64,000 nucleotides of DNA, from the NCBI GenBank assembly GCA_965153355.1, contig OZ231126.1:39680001-39744000 (forward strand), written 5' to 3'. The notes beneath the pieces are model-generated. The model made no database searches. It had not been told where the DNA came from and saw only the letters and a program-made list of their open reading frames with translations. Both the position numbers and the translations under genes were made by a program. Source of the stretch: Flaccisagitta enflata (taxonomy: Eukaryota). Positions 18,808 through 30,548 of the stretch are shown here, in pieces; position 1 is the first letter of the stretch; every line of letters starts with the position of its first letter.

Positions 18808-19925
18808 ATTTCCGGACGATCGAGCCGAAGACTATGAAGCAGCTGCCGGTTACGAATCTCGCCGCGGAAAATTCTTTCGGGTCAATTGACATCGCCCTCC
18901 GTCGTCTTCTCACAACGAGCGTTCGCTGCGTCTCCGACCGTCTGATGATTCGGAGCGCCGGTCACGCCGTCTTTGGGACTTCTGCAGCAAGGGAAGTTAA
19001 GAAACTGCTACCTGAGGTTGAGGCAATTCAGAAACAATTTGACGATGACCAGAAGCAACAGAAAATTGCATCCATGACTGCCCTGACCGGAAAAGTTAGT
19101 CTGTACGAGAAAAAAAAGCTAGAGATTCTTGATGCTTGCAAGGAACGTGGAGGACCTTTTACTAAACCTGAAGATATTGACCAATTTCAGGCTAGATGCA
19201 TCGCGGAAGGAAGAAGTGTTGCGTACCAGAAAAAAGCTTACAAGGCCGAGGTCGTGCACAAGCGGGAGACGTTTACCAAATGTCCGAAGACCAACAACAA
19301 CTTCAGGATTCGATGTCAAACGACTAAAAAGGATTTGACTCCCCAACAGTTAGCCACTAATCTTAAGAGCCTTTTAAGCAACATTATGGCAATAGCCGAG
19401 GTACCCAACGCTGTAGTTAAAGATGCTATTCAGAAAGCCGTAGATGCTGCTGGAATTGATTTTATTTCAAACGAAAATATAGAGTCTGAAGCACAACCCA
19501 CAGTGGATGTGCAAGCACAGCCCTCAGTGGCCGTGCAACAAGCAGTAGCGGGTTTAACTAATACAACATGCTTAGTTGACAGTCCAAATCTTAAGGTTAT
19601 TAATGACCAATTTCTTTTAAACGATTTTGTTGCAATTGCAACGGTTGACTCCCAGGCCAAGAAAACCTGGAGTCTTGGTATGATTGATGATTACAATGGC
19701 AAAGACATCGCCTCCGTCAGTTTTTTTAAACCTGTACCTGGACGAATGGGCGAAAACCGAGTTGCTTTTTTTGGGCCCGAGGAAGAGGAGGAAATTGATG
19801 TCCCCACTAATTCTATTTTACCTCTTGCCCCAAGTGTTAATGAGAGTGTCCTCAATGGTGAACAGGTTTTCATCATTGAAAATCATGAGGAAATTGATGA
19901 GTTGGTTGAAAAAATTGAGGTGTAA
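18808..19925 (+). CDS. hAT-like transposase copy 1, exon 2 (putative catalytic Glu and C-terminal domains)
   Basis: Acceptor tttactttttctctcag|AT; phase-1 join gives NSIS-DFRT...PVTNLAAENSFGSID; stop at 19923-19925. Confidence 0.8.
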
Positions 19926-19942
19926 TCATCAATTATTGCATA

Positions 19943-20351
19943 CTACTCGACTCAATAAAAAAGCTGCATTTTCAAATGGCAAATTGTCATACTGAATTTC
20001 AAAAAAATAATCAAAAATCTTAGATCTTTAGAAAGCTCTTGAAAAGATCTTTTATTTGGCTCCAATCTGGCAATTCTAGCTTTATTCATTTAGAAATGGC
20101 ATGAGATTGAGTAGAAACATTGCCATAATCAGTTTGCAATCCCATTAAAAACTGAGCATTTTTACACATTAAAATATAACTTTGACAAGTTTTAGCTCCT
20201 AAACCATTTGAGATACAGATCTGGGATTGGTCTAAAATGAAAGAAAATTTAAAAACCTTTCACATCACTTCAATAGAATAATGTTCAAACAATTTCTTTT
20301 TCTTTTTTATCAACTCAAAATAGGGTGCGGCTTTTTTTTTGTGTCGCGTAG
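19943..20351. mobile_element. Tc1/mariner-type MITE nested just downstream of the transposase stop (duplicate at 28783-29191)
   Basis: TA|CTACTCGACTCAATAAAAAAGCTGCA ... TGCGGCTTTTTTTTTGTGTCGCGTAG|TA. Confidence 0.75.
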
Positions 20352-20883
20352 TATGTGATGGAATTTTGCATACAGGGTCAATAACTTTTTTCGGATTTGA
20401 TTTGCCAGTTTGATTTGCCAGATTAATTCGCCAGTTTTATTCACCAGTTATATTCACCAGCTTTATTCGCCAGTTATATTCGCTGGTTTGATCACTGGTT
20501 TGATTCACCAGTTTGAGTTGCTGGCTTGAGTAGATGGTTTGAGTCGCTGGTTTGAGTCACTGGTTTGAGTTGCTGGTTTGAATCACTGTCATTGATGTTT
20601 GTGAACGAATAATATTCATATCTTTGGCTAACTGAAATTTTTTAAATCTTTATCTCAGTCTCAGTCGTTTTTTCATGAAATTTTTCTTTCCTGATTTTTT
20701 TTTTGCAATTCAATTCAATTTTTTTTGCAATTCAATTCAAATTTTTTGCAATTATTCGAATCTTTGATTTTCAATTATTTTTTTTTGACTTGTCAATTTT
20801 TGATTTTCCCTAATATGTAATCATTCTTTAAATCCAATTTATAAGATTATTCGAATTTTTCAATTTTTTTTAATCTTGTGTAA

Positions 20884-21134
20884 TAAGCAGATGCGTAAGC
20901 GGTGAGAAGCGGTAATTCCACCGTGGATATCTCCCTGTGAATCCTCCTTACGGCTGCAGCTTGGGGGGCCATCTGTCTTAACAGTTTTTAGTTCTTAATT
21001 TTTTGTATCATGTATAGAAATTATAACAGATGCGTAAGCGGTAGGAGAGTGGTAACTACTACCGTGGATTTCCCCACTATTATTCCCTCTTATGGTTGCC
21101 ACCGGGAGGGCCATCTGTATTGAATATAATTTCT
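20884..21134 (+). ncRNA. Candidate structured RNA: two paralogous ~95-120-nt motifs (A 20884-20980, B 21016-21134) inside hAT copy 1
   Basis: Shared scaffold CAGATGCGTAAGCGGT...ACCGTGGAT...CTTAYGG...GGGCCATCTGT. Helices CAGATG/CATCTG, CGTAAG/CTTAYG and CGGTR/YACCG; G-U wobbles favour the + strand. No known family recognised. Confidence 0.4.
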
Positions 21135-21638
21135 TTGTGTGACCTAATCTTTTTTTCTCCCTCTAGTTGGTTCCAGAAGGTTCCGGATGATTCCGGAAAG
21201 TTCCTGGTGGTTCAGTATTTTCTTTACTTTATTCCAATTCCTTTTTGTTCTGGTTCACATCAACCTTATTGGTGATGGGGGTCTGCTGCAAAAGAATCTA
21301 TATCTATAAAGCAGATTTTTAGTGGTTCAGAAAATAAGTGAAGGTTGGTTTTTACGTTCTTTTAAAATTAGCCTTCACAAATTGTCTGCCTATTTGTTAT
21401 CATTTTTAGCTGTAGTTGCAGGCAATCAGCGACCCTAAACCGGTGGCCTTCAGCTAGCGGTCCAAACCCCGCAACATTAATTGGCTATCACCAAATGTTT
21501 TCAACTGTTTCAACCTTTTTTTCTATTCATCAGATAAAAACGTCTGGCTTGTGGAACCAATTTGGAATCGATCGATCGGTACGACATGACGCGATGTTCA
21601 TTCATTCTGGTTGAAAATCTCTAAAGCGTGCGGCCGCA

Positions 21639-21718
<80 letters not shown>

Positions 21719-24125
21719 TGATACTTTTACTGTGAAAGAATAGATGCCAAAATTTTTAATGCATGATACACTGAATCCCTTTAAATACTTCTAATCCCGA
21801 TTCATTCTGTGACTTGTCTAATTTAGGGTCTTTGGATCCATGCTTGTGGTCATCAGCTGCCGGGCGTACGACTATGCAAGAGTAACATGCGATCTAAAGA
21901 AAAACTGTCTCGGCCGAACATCTCTATCCACGTTGGCATCCTCAAAGCACAAAAAAAAAAAAAAAAAAAAAAAAATGGGCTCATTTCCCCGTAAATCAGT
22001 CTTTTCAGGGCAGTGTTACATTGAGTCTAAAGAATAACACATTTTCCGTTTTTCAAATTTGTGTTTGTTGGAATTTTACCTATCTTCGTCACTTTCCATT
22101 TTCTAGTCTCAGTTTGTAACAATCGCGTTAAAAAGTGTTAGGATACATATCTTTACCAATTCTTCTATCCGGATATGGTAACACCAGGTTCATTGTTGTC
22201 ATGCTATTAGCCTGCTTTGCTATTTCTCTGCTTGTCAGACTGATAAACATACTATTAATGTGTTTATGTACACTTAACGATAGAAATGCTTTGTTCAACT
22301 CAGTATCAGTTTTCATAAAAATGTTTTACTTCTTTTGCCGTGTAAATGCCAGATAGACACTCTGATTCACCAATCATGACATATAGAATTGCGTGCATAC
22401 TGTAAATAGGAACAAGTGACGCGGGGTCACAATATTGTTGTAGATGGGTCCCCATGACACACACATTCAAACACACAGACAATCACAACTGCAGCAAAAA
22501 AAATGCGCGTTTTTGCACGTTTTAACTCAATCTTCACGGACCAATGGACGGACTGACCGACCAATGGATGGATGGACAAAGCCTCCTACAGATTTGCGTG
22601 TCTGCAATTTTAAACAATATTAACTTAACAATTTTGATGAGCACATTATTAGCTAATCAAGTTAAACAAACGGAGCTTGCATCTCCACCCATTAGTTTGA
22701 TAGTTGTTGACGAAAAGCTCATTTGCATATTGCAGTAAATCGCAATTTCGTTTATTTACGCGTAGGATTAAATTTAGAAGTAAAAAGTCCAGTTGTGAAT
22801 GTCTAAGAATGCAATTGCCGATCGATTAGTACTATTCTTTTCAGGTTTGATTTTTAATTTTTTATTTCATTGACATTTGCAGTTATATTTTTTGAGCTCT
22901 TTTCACCCCTCGGTTGAAAACGGCCCATGTTTATAGACTACAATTTTTGAGTCATCCGGACGCATGCACACCTTGACTTTATCAGTCCTGACCAGCCTGG
23001 GTTTTTGTTAAAATGCAGTTTTTTTGTGTCAAACATCTAGCAAAAGGGCTTAGGTCGTCGTATTACCTCTGATATGGGGGCTAGGACCCCGATTACACTC
23101 TCATGGGCTATTACTAATAGTTATAGCCCATGAGGAGTGTAGCGTCCATATCAGGGTAAAAAAAGCGACATTGGTGTATTTTCTGTCTGTTTAGACAAAA
23201 AAAAGTGCATATTTAGCTAGGGCCATGCTGGTCAAGCACAATTTGTGTAATGGGTGTAACCCAATTTTTCTCCTTCGGCTCCGACGGAACCGCGATGCTC
23301 TTTTGTTGAAACCGAACTAGAAATCCAGGTGGCGAAGTGATGATTCATCCTTCTGTTTTCGTCTGGCCTCGATAATGTAAGTACCTCTTGCTGTTTTATT
23401 ACTATTATTTGTTGTAACAGATTAGTTTTGCGATATTTTTTTGCGTAAATGCGTCTAAATGTTATAGGAGACAATGTTAACTTTATCTTCAATAGTCATA
23501 ATCCGAGTTTTCTAACAATTTTACGCGTCTGTAAACAAGTGTTTAAAGGAAGATTGATACAATACAATACAATACAAAAAGAGCGTCGTTGCCCCTGCTC
23601 ACCCCAACATAGCTCCCTACTACCCATATGACTGCCCCTGCCCACATCACATTGTATTTGAGCCGGGGTTTTTGGGGCTTTTTTTTATGTTACTCAAGAA
23701 AGTTATGTGCAAAAATTTACATATGTGTGACTGAGTGCTGACTTTTCTGTCGCGTGTACGCAACTTTATAACCTGTTTTGTCGGTTGGTTGGTTGTTCCG
23801 TCCAAAATGCTTTTATGGGCGTTTCTTGCCATAGTACTTCTGCCATAGTTCTTGATTAGCCTATTCAATCACCGCACCTGCCCTTGAGTAGCCGTGTATC
23901 TGGGCAACACCTATAGAATTTTGTATTACCATTGGATGGTAAAATGCCTGATGAGTATTGTTACTATCTCATGATTTATCCCCCCCCCCCGTTTTTGTGG
24001 ACAGAATTTTCTGTCTTTTATTTGTCTCAGGTTCCTCTTTTGCTCGATCTCTACTTCCTACTGCGTTTTTCCATCTCCTACCTTACTTTCTTGCTCTTCT
24101 TCCTCATCCACCCTTCCCCTTCCCC

Positions 24126-26892
24126 ATGTCCTCCACCTCTCGGTTGGAGGCCCCCCCCTCCCCAGGGGAGCCTCTTCCTAACTTATCTTACCCTCCTTCC
24201 TCATCTCCCCCTCCTCCTTTCTCATCTCCCCCTCCTCCTGACTCATCTCCTCCTCCTCCCGACTCATCTCCCCCTCCTCCCGACTCATCTCCCCCTCCTC
24301 CCAACTCATCCCCCCCTCCTCTCAACTCATCCCCCCCTCCTCCCGACTCATCTCCCCCTCCCGCCTCATCTTCCTCTTCTCCTGACTCATCTCCCCCTCC
24401 TCTTGACTCATCTTCTCCTCTTCCTGACTCATCTCCTCCTGCTCCTGACTCGTCTCCTCTATCGCCGTCTTCCCAATCACCATCAACGCCGTCGCCATCG
24501 CCCAATCTTCCATCCAACGCCTCCAACGCCGGTCTTCAACTCCGCACTCGTGTCCTGGAAGCCGTGGATCCGCCAACGTCAGTCGCCCCACCAACAAAGA
24601 AGATCAAATCGCTGCGTGAGACTAAGGCAAGTTCAGTACACTCTTTATTGGAATTATCTTTCACTGAGCTAGATAGTTTTACCTTTCAACCGCCAGTCAG
24701 AAATGTTTTACCATTAATTCATCAAGTTGTGGGTCGATATCTTCATTTGTTACGTAAAAATGATGATCAACAGTATTACTCTGTTGAAGATGCGGCCCTC
24801 ACAATCCAAAACGAGATTTCTGATATTTGGAAAATGGCAAATATCCCAACAGTCTCTGTCAATACCCAAAAAAAAAAGGTTTTGGATTTACTTAAAGATT
24901 TCAAAAAAATGAATGGACACCAGACATCAGAGCATGCAACACGCAAATGGTTTCAAAATTCATACCAAAAGTTAGCCAAAGATATGAACAACATTTTTGA
25001 CATAAAGGCCGATGACAAAGTCATTGCGGCAAATTCACACTCTTTTCCTGTGCCATATGGTGAAAATGAACGGGAATTTTATCTTGACCAAAAAAATAAA
25101 ACGTTTTTGATGACTGTTGCTGGGGTAGATAGGAGGTGGGTACAGGAGGCCGAGGAGAAACGCGCAAAACAACTTCGAACCGAGGTCAAACGTCAACGGG
25201 AACGGGAACGACAACAGGAGTGGGAGCGTGAGAAGGCAGCACCGTCAACGGCAACGTCAGCGGAAATTGACGCCGCTATAGGACAAGATAAGTCTGAATT
25301 TGTGTGTGATGAAGGAGACAGTCGGAATGTTGATGTGGCTGATGATGACGATAATGGCATTGATTTTCAGCGATACACTTTGACAAGAAGTCGAAAGCGG
25401 CAGTTAGATAATGGTGAGGTTGAGGCACCTAAAAAGGTGTTGAATATCAGAGTTCGTGACTCATATACCATGATTCGTGACTGTGTTTATGATTTTCTTA
25501 TTGATTTTATGGCTAAAGGCACTGCCTCTAACCATCAAGCGGTCTTAGCAGCAAAGTTATTTGCCAAACATATGCTAGGTCAAGATTGGTTACTTCAAGA
25601 GGAAGCTAAAGAGAAGAGAGAGCAAGCAAAAAATAACAATGTTGATTTACCCGAAGATTTTTCTCTTTATGTTTTGCCATCAGACACCGCATTAAACCGG
25701 ATGCGTATTCAATATGCCCGCGCCGCCCAAAAAAACATCGGTGAAACCATTCTCAATCTTCCCGAAGGTGAAGCGGTGACAATGCACGGTGATTCTACAA
25801 CACGCAGCCATGTTGGTAAAATATTTACATCGCCGCTGACTGTTGGCAATCGTCTTCAGTTATCATTACCAGTACAAAAGTTAAATTTTGAAACAAAAAA
25901 CGATGTTGCGAAGGTGTATCAATGTCAATTTGGCATGTTAGGGGCACTCACAAAACAGCCTGCAAGGGCTCTTTTTGAAAAAATCCCTTTTTTCATGGGC
26001 GATTCTGCCAAAGAGATGAACGATTTCCTTGCGATCGTTGGCCAAAATTTACAGTCAACGCATTTACCGTATCGTTTGAAATGCGTTCTTCATACAATAC
26101 TTGGGTGGACTGAGACTGAGATAAAGGTAATTTCTGCTCTTGAACAGTCTATTGGTCCAGATAAACTGTATGGAGAATCCCGGTGTCACGATGCCTCAAA
26201 CGTTTCAAAATCTACTATCAATGCCATTTTGAAACTTATCTCTCCCCAATTCCAGCATAAACCATACAATTTAAAAAAAGAATTCGATATTTTACTTGTG
26301 GAATTGGGTGGGAATACAAAAAATCTTGCTTTTCCATTACGATCTCATCGGTTTGGTGCTCTTGAAATGGCCGCTGCTATAGTCATCCACCACTGGGATG
26401 AAATTGTCATCCTATGCGAAAAAGCAGAGAACCGAAATGATCTGATCATTTTTTGCAGGACCACCATGGAGTGTGTATTTGTCAAGATAGTCATTCTTAG
26501 TTTTGCTTTGATTGGCCTTTTTCTCATTGAGCCATATCGCGAATTGGTCTCATCATCAAATCATCTTGACTTATGCCAGTCCTTCCCCAATCTCTTTTCA
26601 GATTTGGCGAGAAGCAAGGTGGTCGCGAACGGAATCATCAACTTTTCGCCAGACGCCATACCAACATTAGCACCATCATTCAAAAAAGTAATCGAAAAAA
26701 AGGTTTATGCTAATCAAGTTGTTGAGTCTTTGCAGGTTACCGTAGACAGTTTGGACGACAACAGTTTGGAGATGCTGCGCAACATTCTCGGACTCATCAG
26801 CCACTACTGCGCCATCACCTTGCAACGCCAACGGGGGGAGGAGTACGATTTCGCCGCCAACAAAGAACCCAACTCTTCAAATTCTATCTCGG
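24126..26892 (+). CDS. hAT-like DDE transposase copy 2, exon 1 (Pro/Ser-rich N-terminus, helical N-domain, first two catalytic Asp and CxxH motif); spliced product ~1294 aa
   Basis: Uninterrupted frame. N-terminal LP..QV...IW.MANIP...FDI...FYLDQ pattern as I recall from hATm/hATx transposases. Motifs HGDSTT (D1), MGDSA (D2), CVLH (CxxH), SHRFG. Donor G|GTGAGA at 26892/26893. Confidence 0.85.
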
Positions 26893-27260
26893 GTGAGACA
26901 GTTTGTCAATTGTTTGTTTCACTTTTTCTTTATCTACTCATTCGTTTTCTCTCCTTTCTTCTTTTCTTTCCTTTCTTCTTTTCTTTCATTCTGTCTTTCT
27001 TTCTTCCTCATTATCTGTCTTTCTTTGTCTTTCTTTCTGTCTTTCTTTCCGTCTTTCCTCCTTTCTCTCTTTCCTTCTTTCCTTCTTTCCTTCTTTCTTT
27101 CTTTCCTTCTTTCCTTCTTTCTTTCTTTCTTCTTTTCTTTCCTTCTTTCTTTCTTTCCTTCTTTCCTTCTTTCTTTCTTTCCTTCTTTCCTTCTTTCCTT
27201 CTTTCTTTCTTTCTTTCTTTCTTTTCTTTCTTTTCTTTCTTTTCTTTCTTTTCTTTCTTT

Positions 27261-27311
<51 letters not shown>

Positions 27312-27401
27312 GTCTTTCTTTCTGTCTTTCTTCCTTCCTTTCTTTCTTTCTATATTCCTTTTTCTTGTTTATATATTTTTTTCTTTCTTTCTTTCATATT
27401 T

Positions 27402-27447
<46 letters not shown>

Positions 27448-27647
27448 GCGCTTGAGCGCGGTTAAAGTTGTTTCTTCTACTTATTCTTTTTTTCACATTT
27501 TTGCAATGCTTGTATCACTATCCCTGGCTCATTTTTTATGAAGGGGGTAGTCGTTATTTACTCCCTCTTGTAAGCGTTGAAAGAATAGCACAATATTACA
27601 TTCAATTTAAATCTCCTAAAAAAATATGAAATTTACTTTTCTCTCAG

Positions 27648-28765
27648 ATTTCCGGACGATCGAGCCGAAGACTATGAAGCAGCTGCCGGTTACAAATCTC
27701 GCCGCGGAAAATTCTTTCGGGTCAATTGACATCGCCCTCCGTCGTCTTCTCACAACGAGCGTTCGCTGCGTCTCCGACCGTCTGATGATTCGGAGCGCCG
27801 GTCACGCCGTCTTTGGGACTTCTGCAGCAAGGGAAGTTAAGAAACTGCTACCTGAGGTTGAGGCAATTCAGAAACAATTTGACGATGACCAGAAGCAACA
27901 GAAAATTGCATCCATGACTGCCCTGACCGGAAAAGTTAGTCTGTACGAGAAAAAAAAGCTAGAGATTCTTGATGCTTGCAAGGAACATGGAGGGCCCTTC
28001 ACTAAACCTGAAGACATTGACCATTTTCAGGCTAGATGCATCGCTGAGGGACGAAGTGTTGCGTACCAGAAAAAAGCTTACAAGGCCGAGGTCGTGCACA
28101 AGCGGGAGACATTTACCAAATGTCCGAAGACCAACAACAACTTCAGGATTCGTTGTCAAACGACTAAAAAGGATTTGACTCCCCAACAGTTAGCTACTAA
28201 TCTTAAGAGCCTTTTAAGCAACATTATGGCAATAGCCGAGGTACCCAACGCTGTAGTTAAAGATGCTATTCAGAAAGCCGTAGATGCTGCTGGAATTGAT
28301 TTTATTTCAAACGAAAATATAGAGTCTGAAGCACAACCCACAGTGGATGTGCAAGCACAGCCCTCAGTGGCTGTGCAACAAGCAGTAGCGGGTTTAACTA
28401 ATACAACATGCTTAGTTGACAGTCCAAATCTTAAGGTTATTAATGACCAATTTCTTTTAAACGATTTTGTTGCAATTGCAACGGTTGACTCCCAGGCCAA
28501 GAAAACCTGGAGTCTTGGTATGATTGATGATTACAATGGCAAAGACATCGCCTCCGTCAGTTTTTTTAAACCTGTACCTGGACGAATGGGCGAAAACCGA
28601 GTTGCTTTTTTTGGGCCCGAGGAAGAGGAGGAAATTGATGTCCCCACTAATTCTATTTTACCTCTTGCCCCAAGTGTTAATGAGAGTGTCCTCAATGGTG
28701 AACAGGTTTTCATCATTGAAAATCATGAGGAAATTGATGAGTTGGTTGAAAAAATTGAGGTGTAA
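27648..28765 (+). CDS. hAT-like DDE transposase copy 2, exon 2
   Basis: Acceptor ctctcag|AT at 27647/27648; TNLAAENSFG (catalytic E motif of TNxxxExxFG type); GGPF region; beta-rich C-terminal domain; exon lengths 2767+1118 nt = 1295 codons. Confidence 0.85.
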
Positions 28766-29714
28766 TCATCAATTATTGCATACTACTCGACTCAATAAAA
28801 AAGCTGCATTTTCAAATGGCAAATTGTCATACTGAATTTCAAAAAAATAATCAAAAATCTTAGATCTTTAGAAAGCTCTTGAAAAGATCTTTTATTTGGC
28901 TCCAATCTGGCAATTCTAGCTTTATTCATTTAGAAATGGCATGAGATTGAGTAGAAACATTGCCATAATCAGTTTGCAATCCCATTAAAAAATGAGCATT
29001 TTTACACATTAAAACATAACTTTGACAAGTTTTAGCTCCTAAACCATTTGAGATACAGATCTGGGATTGGTCTAAAATGAAAGAAAATTTAAAAACCTTT
29101 CACATCACTTCAATAGAATAATGTTCAAACAATTTCTTTTTCTTTTTTATCAACTCAAAATAGGGTGCGGCTTTTTTTTTGTGTCGCGTAGTATGTGATG
29201 GAATTTTGCATACAGGGTCAATAACTTTTTTCGGATTTGATTTGCCAGTTTGATTTGCCAGATTAATTCGCCAGTTTTATTCACCAGTTATATTCACCAG
29301 CTTTATTCGCCAGTTATATTCGCTGGTTTGATCACTGGTTTGATTCACCAGTTTGAGTTGCTGGCTTGAGTAGATGGTTTGAGTCGCTGGTTTGAGTCAC
29401 TGGTTTGAGTTGCTGGTTTGAATCACTGTCATTGATGTTTGTGAACGAATAATATTCATATCTTTGGCTAACTGAAATTTTTTAAATCTTTATCTCAGTC
29501 TCAGTCGTTTTTTCATGAAATTTTTCTTTCCTGATTTTTTTTTTGCAATTCAATTCAATTTTTTTTGCAATTCAATTCAAATTTTTTGTAATTATTCGAA
29601 TCTTTGAATTTCAATTATTTTTTGTTCACTTGTCAATTTTTGATTTTCCCTAATATGTAATCATTCTAATTTATAAAATTTTTCGAATTTTTCAATTTTT
29701 TTTAATCTTGTGTA

Positions 29715-29966
29715 TTAAGCAGATGCGTAAGCGGTGAGAAGCGGTAATTCCACCGTGGATATCTCCCTGTGAATCCTCCTTACGGCTGCAGCTTGGGGGG
29801 CCATCTGTCTTAACAGTTTTTAGTTCTTAATTTTTTGTATCATGTATAGAAATTATAACAGATGCGTAAGCGGTAGGAGAGTGGTAACTACTACCGTGGA
29901 TTTCCCTACTATTATTCCCTCTTATGGTTGCCACCGGGAGGGCCATCTGTATTGAATATAATTTCT
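29715..29966 (+). ncRNA. Candidate structured RNA pair (A' 29715-29813, B' 29848-29966) inside hAT copy 2
   Basis: Same motifs as in copy 1. The changes relative to copy 1 preserve or extend pairing: CCAC->CTAC gives G-U, and TTAAG extends the closing stem. Confidence 0.4.
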
Positions 29967-30470
29967 TTGTGTGACCTAATCTTTTTTTCTCCCTCTAGTT
30001 GGTTCCAGAAGGTTCCGGATGATTCCGGAAAGTTCCTGGTGGTTCAGTATTTTCTTTACTTTATTCCAATTCCTTTTTGTTCTGGTTCACATCAACCTTA
30101 TTGGTGATGGGGGTCTGCTGCAAAAGAATCTATATCTATAAAGCAGATTTTTAGTGGTTCAGAAAATAAGTGAAGGTTGGTTTTTACGTTCTTTTAAAAT
30201 TAGCCTTCACAAATTGTCTGCCTATTTGTTATTATTGTTAGCTGTAGTTGCAGGCAATCAGCGACCCTTAACCGGTGGCCTTCAGCTAGCGGTCCAAACC
30301 CCGCAACATTAATTGGCTATCACCAAATGTTTTCAACTGTTTCAACCTTTTTTTCTATTCATCAGATAAAAACGTCTGGCTTGTGGAACCAATTTGGAAT
30401 CGATCGATCGGTACGACATGACGCGATGTTCATTCATTCTGGTTGAAAATCTCTAAAGCGTGCGGCCGCA

Positions 30471-30548
<78 letters not shown>

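Noticed and set aside
21016-21134. Motif B as an HDV-like or pistol ribozyme, a tRNA/SINE, or a guide matching the TIR (GAGAGTG, TAACTA)
   Set aside because: No HDV P1 partner and motif A lacks P3; no pistol AAAUA linker; no B-box or cloverleaf; the TIR matches are only 6-7 nt and absent from motif A.
21448-21475. Twister-like GCGGTCCAAACCCCGC loop
   Set aside because: Lacks the conserved AAGC, the UAA cleavage strand and the GAGGG pseudoknot partner.
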